A stretch of DNA of 44,872 nt from Armatimonadota bacterium (GCA_030650495.1 JAUSEB010000004.1:1-44872); one strand, 5' to 3'. Positions 25,749 through 36,149 are shown, counted from the stretch's first letter. A program made the numbers and translations. The notes: generated from the sequence alone by a model not told the origin.

Positions 25749-26672
25749 CTACGCGGCCAATCGCATGAACGCGTCTTCCAGTGTTTCCCGTTCAGGAGAG
25801 ACCCCAAGAAGTGGTAAACCGTGAGCTTCCAGCGTTTTAATCGCATCGAAAACTCTATTCGCGGGAACCTTAACGACTGCCGCTCCCAGCGCCTCGGATC
25901 CATCGGACATTTGTCCGCCTAATAGGATTAACTGTTCCGCCGCTTCTTTTGTCATCCGAGCGCACGCCACATTCATCATATCGCCGGTTTGTTTGATCTC
26001 ATCCGGCGCGCCGCGACATACGAGAGTTCCTTTGCTTAGTATCGCAACCTGGTCGCAAATCTCTTCAACTTCCGAAAGCAAGTGCGAACTCATAAAGACC
26101 GTAGAACCGGCGTTTTTCAAAGACAAAATAAGGTCCTTCATCTCCCTGCGGCCGATTGGGTCCAGGCCGGACGTCGGCTCATCCAGTATGAACAGCCGGG
26201 GATTGCCGATAAGCGCCTGGGCTATACCGACCCTCTGCATCAAGCCCTTGGACAACTTGGCCACGCGCACTTGCTGATACTCCTCAAGCCCTGTGATCGA
26301 TAAAGCGGACTCTATCTGCGCTTTCCGCTCCTTGCGCCCAAGACCGAGCAGCGCCGCATGCAGCGAAAGAGCCTCGCGAGGAGTCAGAAACTTGTGGAAA
26401 TAAGGCTGTTCCGGCAGATACCCCACATCCCGCCTGACCTCAGGGATGGATATGTCACGCCCGAATATCTCCGCTCTGCCGCTGGTAGGACGGATGAAGC
26501 CAAGAAGCGCCTTTATGGTGGTGGTCTTTCCTGCTCCATTTGGCCCAAGAAAGGCGAACACCTGCCCTTCCATAACGTCCATTGTAAGCTCATTCACCGC
26601 GACTCGAGCGCCGCGCCTGCGAGGAAGCGGATATACTTTCGTGAGGCTTTCCGTTCGAATTGCAATTCCCAT
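25749..26672 (-). CDS. ABC transporter ATP-binding protein (PilH-like)
   Basis: Walker A GPNGAGKTT; signature LSKGLMQR; Walker B ILDEPTSGLDP; SSH; ATG at 26672 after GGAGA. Confidence 0.9.
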   Translation of the reverse strand: MGIAIRTESLTKVYPLPRRRGARVAVNELTMDVMEGQVFAFLGPNGAGKTTTIKALLGFIRPTSGRAEIFGRDISIPEVRRDVGYLPEQPYFHKFLTPREALSLHAALLGLGRKERKAQIESALSITGLEEYQQVRVAKLSKGLMQRVGIAQALIGNPRLFILDEPTSGLDPIGRREMKDLILSLKNAGSTVFMSSHLLSEVEEICDQVAILSKGTLVCRGAPDEIKQTGDMMNVACARMTKEAAEQLILLGGQMSDGSEALGAAVVKVPANRVFDAIKTLEAHGLPLLGVSPERETLEDAFMRLAA

Positions 26673-26699
26673 AACTGCGATACACTCTCCCAAATGAGA

Positions 26700-26726
26700 T
26701 TATCGGCAACAGAGCGTATCACTGGA
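26700..26726 (-). promoter_or_regulatory. Putative sigma28 (FliA/SigD) promoter
   Basis: TCCAG-N14-GCCGATAA on the minus strand, 27 nt upstream of the ABC ATPase start. Confidence 0.5.
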
Positions 26727-26832
26727 GGTCAAGCGTCAATAGGCGGCGAGGCGCTTGTCAAATGTGGGGAAACCGTAGGGGCGAAGCATATCGAAATAAA
26801 GGGCGCCGATAGTGAAATCGGCGCCGTAATTC

Positions 26833-26902
26833 CGTCATCCTGAGCGAAGCGAAGGATCTACCCAAGTAACCGATTAGATTCTTCACTTCGTTCAGAATGA
26901 CG
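26833..26902. repeat. CGTC-type REP doublet
   Basis: CGTCATCCTGAGCGAAGCGAAGGATCT...AGATTCTTCACTTCGTTCAGAATGACG; a related half copy lies at 38595-38621. Confidence 0.8.
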
Positions 26903-27071
26903 GGTTTGCTTCTGTCGATTCATGAATAATGCGAATTTATTCGCCGGGCGCTGCGCCAAGCCTCCACGGCCATGCATGCTATGGAATACGTGGATAATCT
27001 CTTCACATATATGCTGTATGTGCCTGTCGCCAACGGCTGATTCGCAATGACTTTCACATAGTAGGTTCCGA

Positions 27072-27097
27072 TGTTTCGGGAATCTTGTTCCCGAAAC
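27072..27097. repeat. 26-bp palindrome (copy 2)
   Basis: Identical to 20058-20083. Confidence 0.8.
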
Positions 27098-27179
27098 CAA
27101 CCAACCCCCGTATCCCCGAGTAGGAGCAAAGCGACGTATCAAGGGGCGGCACAACCTATCGCAAACATCCCACTAACAA

Positions 27180-29933
27180 CTATCGACTATCGACTGAACT
27201 CAGCGCCGCCAATCGCTCCTCCAGCTTCGCCTTCTTCTCCTGAAGCTCCTGCTGGATGCGGCGCTCTTTTTCCACAACCTCAGCAGGCGCCCTTGCAATG
27301 AACTGCTCGTTCGACAGCTTGCCCTCGGTCCTCGAAAGCTCTTTCCCAAGCGCCTCAAGCTCCTGCTCGATCTTCGACAGTTCCTTCTCTACATCGATCA
27401 GACCGGCCACGGGAACGTGCAAATCGAAGTCCATAAAATGCGAGCTGACATAATTCCTCTTCTCGCTGTCGGGCAGAGACTCCGCGAATGTAATCTCCCC
27501 AACCCTTGCCAGCGACTTCACGCCTTCTGAGATAGCCTGAATTCGTTCTCGCACGGCATCAGATGGCGAAGTGACGAGCACGTTGACCGGGCGGCCCGGC
27601 TGCGCGCCCAGTTCAGTCCGCAGATTGCGAATAGCGCGGGTAATCTCCATCATCTCATCCATCTGCTTCTCGGCTGTTTCATTCACCCAAACCGAGTCAG
27701 CCACCGGGAACGGGCGGATCATCAAGCTGTCTCCGCTGTGCGGGATTGCCTGCCAAATCTCTTCGGTGATAAACGGCATAACGGGATGCAGCAGCCGCAT
27801 CGTCGTCTCCAGCACGTGCCAGAGAAGATATTGGACCTGCTTGCGCTCATCGGAAGTATCTCGCAGACGCGGCTTTGCAAGCTCCAAATACCAGTCGCAG
27901 TACTCGCTCCAGATGAACTCATACAGCGCGCGGCAGGCGTCGTCCATATCGTATGCGGCAAACCCCTTGTTGACCGTAGTGACAAGCCTGTTCAAACGGC
28001 TGAGTATCCAGCGGTCTTCCAACCGCAGCTCGAAGGTGGAAAGGCGTATATCCGGGTCTTCGCCCAGATACCAATTCTCGACCCATTTGTGCTCGTTCCG
28101 AACTACCGGAACACCAGGCGGCAGGTGTTCTTCTTCGTGATCCAGGTTCATCAGGACGAAGCGGGAAGCGTTCCAAATCTTATTGCAGAAGTTCCGTATG
28201 ACTTCCACGCGCCCGCCGGAGAATCGCATGTCCTGCCCCTCACCGGCCTGCTGGAGAAGGGCAAATCGAAGCGCGTCCGCGCCGTATTGGTCGATAAGAT
28301 CGAGCGGATCGACCCCCGTGCCCAGCGACTTGCTCATCCTGCGGCCTTCTTCGTTCTGGACCGTCGCGTAGATATAAACGTCGTGGAATGGAATCTCTTT
28401 CAAGAACTCCAGGCTCGTGAAGATCATCCGTGCGACCCACAAATAGATAATATCTCGCGCCGTGACCAACACATTCGTGGGGTAGAAATAGTCGAGATCA
28501 GGCGTCTTCTTAGGCCAGCCGAGAGTTGCGAAAGGCCAAAGAGCTGATGAGAACCACGTATCCAGCACGTCCGGGTCTTGTGTCAGATTCTTGCTACCGC
28601 ATTTAGAACAAACCTCCGGCGCGCTCTTTGCCGCGATATACTCGCCGCAGTCGTCGCACCGCCAGACTGGTATGCGATGCCCCCACCAAAGCTGCCTCGA
28701 TATGCACCAATCCCGGACGTTTTCCATCCAATCCAAGTATAATTTTGTATATCTTTCCGGGATAAACTTGATCTTTCCGCTCTTCACGACATCGATGGCG
28801 GGCTGCGCCAATTCCTTCATCCGGCAGAACCACTGCTCCGAAAGAAGCGGCTCTATTACGGTTTCACAGCGCCTGCAGGTCGCCACCGAAAGCGCATAGT
28901 CGTCAACTCTTGTAAGATAACCCTTGTCGCGCAATTCCTCAACCAGCTTCGCGCGAGCTTCGTAGCGGTCCATACCGGCGTATTTGCCTGCTTCTTCGGT
29001 CATCTTGCCGTCGGGACCAATCACAATCACGCTGTCGAGATTGTGCCGCAGGCCCATCTCGAAGTCGTTGGGGTCATGCGCGGGAGTCGTCTTGACCGCC
29101 CCAGTTCCGAATTCGGGATCGACATAACTGTCATCGAAAATGGGTAGCTTGCGACCGACAATCGGCAGAATTGCATTCTTGCCGACCAGACCCAGATATC
29201 TATCATCTTCAGGGTTCACGGCCACGCCCGTATCGCCGAGCATCGTTTCCGGCCTTGTCGTCGCCACACGGATATTCCCCGTGCCGTCCTCCAGCGGATA
29301 GTCTATATAGTAGAGCTTGCCGTCAATGGCCTCGTATTCGACCTCAATATCGGAAATCGCCGTATGGCAGCGCGGGCACCAGTTGATGACTCGCGCGCCG
29401 CGATAGATATAACCCTTATTGAACAGGCGCACAAACGACTCGATCACCGCGTCGGAATACTGCTCGTCCATCGTGAACCGCTCGCGCTCCCAATCGAACG
29501 AATACCCCATCCGCTTGAATTGATTGAGAATCGTCCCGCCGTAGTGCTCCTTCCACGCCCAAACGCGCTTCAGGAACTCCTCGCGCCCAATATCGTGCCT
29601 GGTCAAGCCCACTTCGGCAAGCTGCTGCTCGACTTTATTCTGAGTAGCAATCCCGGCATGGTCCGTCCCTGGAAGGCACAGAGTCTCATACCCCTGCATC
29701 CGCTTCCAGCGAGTCAGGACATCCTGGATGCTGTAACAAAGCGCATGGCCGATATGCAGCGAGCCTGTCACATTTGGAGGGGGAATAGTTATACAATACT
29801 GCTTCTTCCCCGGCTCAATCTGCGCGGCAAAGTATAACTTTTCCAGCCAAAACTTATACCATTTGTCCTCTACGGTCTTGGGATCATATACCTTCGGAAG
29901 CTGCAACTCATCTCTCTCATTCTCTGTCGCCAA
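27180..29933 (-). CDS. valS: Valine--tRNA ligase
   Basis: PPPNVTGSLHIGHA (HIGH); DHAGIATQ; DWCISRQLWWGHRIP; RMSKSLG (KMSKS); C-terminal coiled coil; TTG start at 29933 after GAGGAG. Confidence 0.97.
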   Translation of the reverse strand: MATENERDELQLPKVYDPKTVEDKWYKFWLEKLYFAAQIEPGKKQYCITIPPPNVTGSLHIGHALCYSIQDVLTRWKRMQGYETLCLPGTDHAGIATQNKVEQQLAEVGLTRHDIGREEFLKRVWAWKEHYGGTILNQFKRMGYSFDWERERFTMDEQYSDAVIESFVRLFNKGYIYRGARVINWCPRCHTAISDIEVEYEAIDGKLYYIDYPLEDGTGNIRVATTRPETMLGDTGVAVNPEDDRYLGLVGKNAILPIVGRKLPIFDDSYVDPEFGTGAVKTTPAHDPNDFEMGLRHNLDSVIVIGPDGKMTEEAGKYAGMDRYEARAKLVEELRDKGYLTRVDDYALSVATCRRCETVIEPLLSEQWFCRMKELAQPAIDVVKSGKIKFIPERYTKLYLDWMENVRDWCISRQLWWGHRIPVWRCDDCGEYIAAKSAPEVCSKCGSKNLTQDPDVLDTWFSSALWPFATLGWPKKTPDLDYFYPTNVLVTARDIIYLWVARMIFTSLEFLKEIPFHDVYIYATVQNEEGRRMSKSLGTGVDPLDLIDQYGADALRFALLQQAGEGQDMRFSGGRVEVIRNFCNKIWNASRFVLMNLDHEEEHLPPGVPVVRNEHKWVENWYLGEDPDIRLSTFELRLEDRWILSRLNRLVTTVNKGFAAYDMDDACRALYEFIWSEYCDWYLELAKPRLRDTSDERKQVQYLLWHVLETTMRLLHPVMPFITEEIWQAIPHSGDSLMIRPFPVADSVWVNETAEKQMDEMMEITRAIRNLRTELGAQPGRPVNVLVTSPSDAVRERIQAISEGVKSLARVGEITFAESLPDSEKRNYVSSHFMDFDLHVPVAGLIDVEKELSKIEQELEALGKELSRTEGKLSNEQFIARAPAEVVEKERRIQQELQEKKAKLEERLAALSSVDSR

Positions 29934-29961
29934 TTCGCTCCTCCTCATATACGCTTTTGAA

Positions 29962-30046
29962 TGTAGCCTAGCCCCCTTGTGGGCGTAAATGAAACTGTAG
30001 CCTAGCCCCTTGTGGGCGTTATAACGGGGACAAGCCCCTAGGCTAC
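29962..30046. repeat. GTAG-type REP cluster in the valS 5' UTR
   Basis: TGTAGCCTAGCCCC(C)TTGTGGGCGT twice (29962-29986, 29996-30019) and inverted arm GGGGACAAGCCCCTAGGCTAC (30026-30046). Confidence 0.75.
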
Positions 30047-30055
30047 GGCAAATAC

Positions 30056-30378
30056 AAAAAGCCCCACTCGACCCGCACAAGGACGAGAGGGGCGCAAATG
30101 CTCCTTCGTGGTACCACCTTGATTCTCCCGACAAATCGGGACTCGTTTTCGCTATAACGGGCTTACCCGGCGAAGGTTACATGGAAGAGTGTAGTTAGTT
30201 GTTAGTTGTTAGTGGCTAGTAAATACTAGCAACTAACTACTAGCTACTAACAACTTATCTTTCACCTTCGCGGCTCCGGGGCGACCTTCGGTCGGGGCTT
30301 CACAGCCGGGAGACTCACACCAAACGCTCCCTCTCTGAGGCCGGCTTGCCGCCTACTCCTCCCCATCACTGCCTTTGC
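30056..30378 (-). ncRNA. T-box riboswitch leader (Val-specific) with intrinsic terminator
   Basis: T-box AAGGTGGTACCACG (30107-30120); stem I motifs GAGTA, AGAGA, GGTGTGA; specifier GAAG-GTC-G (GTC at 30283-30285 = Val); CCGTTA of stem IIA/B; terminator GCCCC..GGGGC-TTTTT (30056-30093). Confidence 0.92.
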
Positions 30379-30419
30379 TTATATTATCAAGTCATTTTAC
30401 CGGATATAGCGGCTAAAGG

Positions 30420-32237
30420 TCAACCGGCAGCTGACAGTTGACAGCTTTTCCCATCTGATACTTCACCAACCGAGATAGCGCCTCGCACCGAGTTGCCTAT
30501 GATTATTTCATCAGCGGCGCTCAACTCTTCAACAGAAATCGACCTCTCTACCCCGCCCGTTTCTCGCAGATAGTCCGCGCGCCAGACACCGGGCAGAAGA
30601 CCGTCTCCTATCGGAGGAGTGATCCATTCATCGCCTATCCGCACGAAGATGTTCGTAATAGACCCCTCAGTCAAATTCCCCTTTTCGTTCTGGAAAATAA
30701 CTTCATAAAACCCCTGCTCGACCGCCTGCTCCCGCGCCTCGTTGTATAGCTTTCGCTCAGTCGTTTTGTGGAAAAGAAGCCGGTCTCGCGAGTCCGTGCG
30801 CCGCGATGATAGCAGTATACGGACCGGCTCCGCCGGAGCCGCCGCTATGGGACGCGAATTCAAGCGCAGTTTACCCTTCTCGTCCAATTCCATCCGAACA
30901 ACCAAGGGAAGGACGCCGCACGATCGGACGAATTTCCGCGGCGCAACTCTGGCGCAGGCCTTTTCGAATGGGAAATCCCAATACTCCGCCGACTTCGCCA
31001 GCCGTTCAATATGCTCGTTTTCGTATAAATATACTCCTGATTCCGTGAGCAGCATAGTCTCAAACAGCCTAAGATCGGGAATCAAAGAAAAAGCAAAGCT
31101 GGATTTGAGTAACGTCTCCTCATACTCGCTCTGGGGGTCAGAGTCCCATACTATTCCTGAACCTATACCGAGGTCGAATTCGCCGCCCTTATGAACCAGC
31201 GTGCGAATAGCTATATTGCAAGTGAAGTCACCTCCGGGGGCAAAAATGCCGATTGTCCCCGTGTAAACGCCCCTCGGTTCGCGCTCCAAATCACGGATTA
31301 TCTCCATAGTCCTTCGCTTTGGCGCGCCGGTGATAGATGACCCCGGAAAAGTAGCCGCCATTATTTCCCTGAAAGAAACTCCCTCCCTGAGAACCCCGGT
31401 CGCGGCGCTGGTCATCTGCCACACGCTGCGATACTTCTCCGTCGCGAACATCTCAGGAACGTGAACAGTCCCGTAACGGCAGATACGTCCGAGGTCGCTG
31501 CGCATCATATCGAGAATCATCACGTTCTCGGCGCGGTCCTTTTGGCTCTCCACAAGCTCGCGAGCCAAATCTACATCTTCCTCCAATGTGCGGCCGCGGC
31601 GGCGGGTTCCCTTCATCGGGCGAGTATCCAGAATGTCCCCGCGCTTTTGCAGAAACATCTCCGGTGATAAGCTGAGAATTTGCGCCTCCCCTAAATTCAG
31701 ATAGGCCGCGTAAGGAACCGGATGAGAACGCGCAAGAGCCAAAAAGTAGCCAAGCGGATCGACTTCCGCCGAGAACCGGGCGTGGCAAGTGTAGTTGACT
31801 TGATAGGTGTCTCCCGATGCGATAAGCTCTTTGATTCGGGCAATAGCAGCGTTAAAGTCATCAACTGTGACATTCAGGCTCACATCGGAATTGCCGATAC
31901 TCACGGCGTCATCAATCAGACGCAGTTTGTCTTGACGAACCGCCAGCACATTGGACGCTGGATAGCAGCCCAACCAGACAAGAGGCGTCTGACCATTTGG
32001 CTGATGCGTCGAGAGGTCGAAAGCCCGTCCCGCTTCATAAGATAAATATCCGGCGACGTAATGGCCACGGCGGATTTCCGCTTCCGCCTCATCAAGCAGT
32101 CCGGACACAAGTTCGGGATCATCAGTCGAGAGTACGCGCGCGGGATCGTGGAGAAGCAGGGCTTCGCAGCCCGGAAGCCACGTATCCTCTCCCCATAACA
32201 AAACACCGCCCGGATTTTGGAGCAAATTAGAAATCAT
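30420..32237 (-). CDS. pabB: Aminodeoxychorismate synthase component I fused to an ADC lyase (aminotransferase class IV) domain
   Basis: GYLSYEAG; GDTYQVNYT; SPEMFL; RPMKGT; KDRAENVMILD; FPGSSITGAPK; GIGSGIVWDS; C-terminal HKTTER, TEGSITNIF, GLLPGVWR, NSVRG. Confidence 0.92.
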   Translation of the reverse strand: MISNLLQNPGGVLLWGEDTWLPGCEALLLHDPARVLSTDDPELVSGLLDEAEAEIRRGHYVAGYLSYEAGRAFDLSTHQPNGQTPLVWLGCYPASNVLAVRQDKLRLIDDAVSIGNSDVSLNVTVDDFNAAIARIKELIASGDTYQVNYTCHARFSAEVDPLGYFLALARSHPVPYAAYLNLGEAQILSLSPEMFLQKRGDILDTRPMKGTRRRGRTLEEDVDLARELVESQKDRAENVMILDMMRSDLGRICRYGTVHVPEMFATEKYRSVWQMTSAATGVLREGVSFREIMAATFPGSSITGAPKRRTMEIIRDLEREPRGVYTGTIGIFAPGGDFTCNIAIRTLVHKGGEFDLGIGSGIVWDSDPQSEYEETLLKSSFAFSLIPDLRLFETMLLTESGVYLYENEHIERLAKSAEYWDFPFEKACARVAPRKFVRSCGVLPLVVRMELDEKGKLRLNSRPIAAAPAEPVRILLSSRRTDSRDRLLFHKTTERKLYNEAREQAVEQGFYEVIFQNEKGNLTEGSITNIFVRIGDEWITPPIGDGLLPGVWRADYLRETGGVERSISVEELSAADEIIIGNSVRGAISVGEVSDGKSCQLSAAG

Positions 32238-32320
32238 GAGTTTTTGAACCGCTGCAACTGAATAGAATGATACAGCCTACGGTGTGGAAATGGGAAGAGT
32301 TTTTGTTGTTGGTTAGTTTA

Positions 32321-32390
32321 AGCTGTCAGCTGACAGGTGACAGCTTTTCCATCTGCGTTTATCTGCGCTTATCTGCGTTAATCTGCGTTC
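32321..32390. repeat. Partial AGCTGTC palindrome followed by a decamer array (ATCTGCGYTN)x4
   Basis: agctgtcagctgacaggtgacagct (32321-32345); atctgcgttt atctgcgctt atctgcgtta atctgcgttc (32351-32390). Confidence 0.8.
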
Positions 32391-32404
32391 TTCCCTGAAC
32401 TAAA

Positions 32405-34837
32405 CTACAACTTCGCGCGTGGCGATGCGCCTTCGGGGTTCAACAGAGCTATTCGCAGAACGTCGTCCGCATGCTCGACCATCTCGAACTTTATCTGCTT
32501 GCGAACATTCTCGGGGATCTCTTCTAAATCTTTTTCGTTTTCCTTGGGGATAATTACCGTACGTATGCCTGCTCTATGCGCGGCCAGGACCTTCTCCTTG
32601 ACTCCGCCCACGGGCAGCACACGGCCTCGAAGCGTTATCTCGCCGGTCATCGCCACATCCTTGCGTACCGGACGTTTCGTCAAAGCCGAAGCCAAAGCCG
32701 TTGCAATCGTGACTCCAGCCGAAGGACCATCTTTCGGCACGGCGCCCGCCGGAACGTGGATGTGAACGTCAGTCCGCTCGTAGAACTCTTCGTCCAAATC
32801 CAGCGCGCGCGCCTTGGACCGCACATAGGTAAGCGCGGCCTGCGCCGACTCCTTCATCACGTCGCCCAACTGCCCGGTAAGAAGAAGTTTGCCGTCATCG
32901 GAACGCATCAAGCCAACCTCAACGGAGACTATGTCGCCGCCAAATTCCGTGTAGACAAGGCCGGTCGCCACCGCGATTTCGTCCTTTTCTTCAGCCAGAC
33001 CGTAGTGGTATCTGCGCTGGCCGAGGTATTTCTTCACATCGTCTTCCTTGACGATAACGAGCTTCTTTTTCCCCTTTGCGACTTGTTTGGCGATCTTGCG
33101 GCAAATGCTGGCCACTTCGCGTTCGAGGTTCCTTACGCCCGCTTCGCGCGTATATTCGCGCATTATCTTCCGCAGGGCTTCCGACTCGAATTGTATATTC
33201 TTGATAGTCAGGCCATTTTCTTTGATTTGCTTAGGAACCAAAAACTGTTCGGCTATTTTGAGTTTTTCATCTTCGATGTAGCCTGCGAACGGGATAACCT
33301 CCATCCTGTCGCGCAATGCCGGAGGCACGGTGTCCAAGACGTTGGCTGTGGTGATAAACATAACGTCCCTAAGATCGAACGGAACTTCCAGGTAATGATC
33401 GCTGAACGCGTCGTTCTGCTCAGGGTCGAGAGCTTCCAAAAGCGCCGCCGATGGATCGCCGCGAAAGTCAACGCCGATTTTGTCTATCTCATCCAGCATG
33501 AACACGGGATTTCGATATCCGGACTGTTTGATACCCTGAATGATCCTGCCGGGAAGCGCGCCGACATAGGTGCGCCTGTGCCCTCTGATCTCGGCTTCGT
33601 CGCGCACGCCGCCGAGAGAAACACGGAAGAACTTGCGCCCCAGCGCCCGCGCGATGGACTTTCCGATGGAGGTCTTGCCTACGCCCGGAGGGCCGACGAA
33701 ACACAGTATCGGGCCTTTGTTGGTCCCGGTCAGCTTCCTCACGGCGAGGAATTCCAGCACTCGCTCCTTGACTTTTATAAGTCCGTAATGATCTTCGTCG
33801 AGGACTTTGGCCGCTTCGTCCAAATCTAGCGTTTCGTCCGTGCGCTTGTTCCACGGAAGAGATATAATCCAGTCAAGATATGTCCGCACCACAACGCCTT
33901 CGGGAGAAGCGTAAGGCATCTTTTCAAGGCGGTCAACTTCTTTCAGCGCGCGCTCCGAGACCTCCTGCGGCATCACGGCCTGGGCGATTTTGTCTTTGTA
34001 TTCATCTATCTCACCCGTACGCTCGTCCTGCTCGCCGAGTTCCTGCTGGATAGCCTTGAGCTGCTCGCGCAAAATGAACTCGCGCTGGGTGTTCCCCATC
34101 TCTTTTTCGACGCGCGACCTGATGTTGCGCTGGATTTCGAGTATTTCACACTCTTTCTGGAGGATAACATTCAAGCGTTCCAGACGCTGCCGGATCGGAA
34201 CTATCTCCAGTATCTCTTGCTTCACTTCCACCCGTACCGGCAGCATGGGAGCAATTGTGTCCGCCAGCTTCCCCGGATCGTCCATATTCACGACACTGAC
34301 CATCACCTCAGGCGGAATTGTCCGCCCGTTCTGGACTATCTGCTCGAACTGGGTCACCACGCTTCGCATCAGCGCCTCGATCTCGACACCCCGCTCGTCC
34401 TCAGCATAGAGTATCTTATACCGCGCTTTGAAATAGGGTTCGACTTGGGTGTATTCATTGATCTTCACGCGCTCGATGCCTTCTAGCATAACGCGAACCG
34501 TGCCGTCCGGAACCTTCAACACCTGCATTATTTCCGAGAGCAGACCCACTTCGTGTATGCCGTCAATGTCCGGGTCTTCGGCGGCTACTTCGCGCTGGGC
34601 CGCCAGGAGGATAAACTTGTGTTTCGACATCGCCAATTCGAGGGCGCGTATGGACTTTTCCCGGCCTACAAATAGTGGAAAAAGCTGTCCCGGAAAGTAG
34701 ACGGCCTCGCGCAGAGGGACAAGCGGAAGCGTTCGCGGGAGCTTGCGTTCCATAGTTGGAGTCGCAGCCACCGCTATTAAGTGTTCCGGCAGTTCCACCA
34801 CCGGTGTTTCATCGTGAGGAGTTACTTTACGAGCCAT
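32405..34837 (-). CDS. lon: ATP-dependent protease La
   Basis: LON N domain; GPPGVGKTS; [12 protein letters not shown]; PKDGPSAG; GGVKEK. Confidence 0.97.
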   Translation of the reverse strand: MARKVTPHDETPVVELPEHLIAVAATPTMERKLPRTLPLVPLREAVYFPGQLFPLFVGREKSIRALELAMSKHKFILLAAQREVAAEDPDIDGIHEVGLLSEIMQVLKVPDGTVRVMLEGIERVKINEYTQVEPYFKARYKILYAEDERGVEIEALMRSVVTQFEQIVQNGRTIPPEVMVSVVNMDDPGKLADTIAPMLPVRVEVKQEILEIVPIRQRLERLNVILQKECEILEIQRNIRSRVEKEMGNTQREFILREQLKAIQQELGEQDERTGEIDEYKDKIAQAVMPQEVSERALKEVDRLEKMPYASPEGVVVRTYLDWIISLPWNKRTDETLDLDEAAKVLDEDHYGLIKVKERVLEFLAVRKLTGTNKGPILCFVGPPGVGKTSIGKSIARALGRKFFRVSLGGVRDEAEIRGHRRTYVGALPGRIIQGIKQSGYRNPVFMLDEIDKIGVDFRGDPSAALLEALDPEQNDAFSDHYLEVPFDLRDVMFITTANVLDTVPPALRDRMEVIPFAGYIEDEKLKIAEQFLVPKQIKENGLTIKNIQFESEALRKIMREYTREAGVRNLEREVASICRKIAKQVAKGKKKLVIVKEDDVKKYLGQRRYHYGLAEEKDEIAVATGLVYTEFGGDIVSVEVGLMRSDDGKLLLTGQLGDVMKESAQAALTYVRSKARALDLDEEFYERTDVHIHVPAGAVPKDGPSAGVTIATALASALTKRPVRKDVAMTGEITLRGRVLPVGGVKEKVLAAHRAGIRTVIIPKENEKDLEEIPENVRKQIKFEMVEHADDVLRIALLNPEGASPRAKL

Positions 34838-34840
34838 TGT

Positions 34841-36109
34841 TTAAGAGGCTGCTTTCATTTCGCTCAGCGTTACTAGGATCGGCTCCTTGGCTTCGAGAAT
34901 CGTTTCCGCCGAGACTATACACTTTTTAACGTCTTTTGTAGACGGGATTTCGTACATTATATTCAGCATTACTTCTTCGATGATGGTCCTGAGAGCCCTT
35001 GCCCCCATTCCCCGCTTGAAAGCCTGAGCAGCTATTGCCTGCAGGGCGTCTTCCGTGAATATTAAATCTACGCCGTCGTAATCGAAGAACTTTCTATATT
35101 GTTTGACCAGAGCGTTCTTTGGCTCAACCAAAATCTTGACCAGGGCTTCTTCATCCAGCGCTTCGAGTGTGGCTAAGACGGGAAGCCGACCAACGAACTC
35201 CGGTATGAAACCGTATCGCAGCAAGTCTTCGGGAAGAGCCTTTTCAAGGATTTTGCCTCTATTGACGGCGTTTTTCCCTGATGACGCGGTGCGGAATCCC
35301 ACGCTTGAGTGATCTCCTATACGCCGTTCGATTATCTGATCCAACCCCTCAAATGCTCCGCCGCAGATGAAGAGTATGTTCGACGTGTCGATCTGCACGT
35401 ATTCCTGCTGCGGATGTTTACGTCCGCCCTGTGGTGGAACGTTGGCGACCGTACCCTCCAAAATCTTGAGCAAGGCTTGTTGAACTCCCTCGCCGGATAC
35501 GTCGCGAGTGATGGAAGGATTCTCGGACTTGCGCGTGATCTTGTCTATCTCGTCTATGTAGACGATTCCGCGCTGCGCGTTTCTTATGGTTGCCTGAACG
35601 CTCTCACCGGTGTCAGCAGCCTGTATGAGCTTGAGGAGGATATTCTCCACATCCTCGCCCACATAACCCGCCTCGGTCAGCGAAGTCGCGTCGGCGATTG
35701 CGAACGGAACATTGAGTATCTTTGCAAGAGTCTGGGCCAGAAGCGTCTTGCCTGAGCCGGTCGGGCCGATAAGAAGAATGTTACTCTTCTGCAGCTCGAT
35801 GTCCGAATGAGAGGCGTTGATTCGTTTGAAGTGGTTGTATACGGCTACTGAAAGCGACCGCTTGGCCCTTTCCTGCCCCACCACATACTGGCTCAGTATA
35901 CGGTAAATCTCTTTCGGTTTTGGAATGGACCCTATACTGGTAAAGTCGTCGGTCTGGGCTGTCTCGCCTCGAATAATGTCGTTACAAAGCTCGACGCATT
36001 CCAGGCAGACTCCACCGTATACACCGAGAATCAGCTTCTTAACCTGGTCGCGGCTTTTGCCGCAGAGCGCGCAACGCCCATCTATGCGGTCTAATCCAGC
36101 TCTCGCCAA
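34841..36109 (-). CDS. clpX: ATP-dependent Clp protease ATP-binding subunit ClpX
   Basis: C4 zinc finger; GPTGSGKT; AGYVGEDVE; [16 protein letters not shown]; GRKHP. Confidence 0.97.
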   Translation of the reverse strand: MARAGLDRIDGRCALCGKSRDQVKKLILGVYGGVCLECVELCNDIIRGETAQTDDFTSIGSIPKPKEIYRILSQYVVGQERAKRSLSVAVYNHFKRINASHSDIELQKSNILLIGPTGSGKTLLAQTLAKILNVPFAIADATSLTEAGYVGEDVENILLKLIQAADTGESVQATIRNAQRGIVYIDEIDKITRKSENPSITRDVSGEGVQQALLKILEGTVANVPPQGGRKHPQQEYVQIDTSNILFICGGAFEGLDQIIERRIGDHSSVGFRTASSGKNAVNRGKILEKALPEDLLRYGFIPEFVGRLPVLATLEALDEEALVKILVEPKNALVKQYRKFFDYDGVDLIFTEDALQAIAAQAFKRGMGARALRTIIEEVMLNIMYEIPSTKDVKKCIVSAETILEAKEPILVTLSEMKAAS

Positions 36110-36149
36110 CTCTTCATTCTCCTTATAAGACGGACTAGGGTATTGGATT

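Noticed and set aside
28023-28140. Longer-than-usual linker in the ValS anticodon-binding region
   Set aside because: This linker is variable among ValRS proteins; no intein or repeat signature
29934-30134. 67-aa N-terminal extension of valS in the ORF track
   Set aside because: It overlaps the REP cluster, terminator and T-box; a TTG with a GAGGAG RBS at 29933 fits better
30420-32237. PabB-PabC fusion as a novelty
   Set aside because: This bifunctional architecture is already known in many bacteria
32576-33829. Long antisense ORFs (417 aa over lon; also 40319-41350, 27738-28547, 39186-39881, 23312-24004)
   Set aside because: Shadow frames opposite well-conserved genes in GC-rich DNA, with no recognisable motifs
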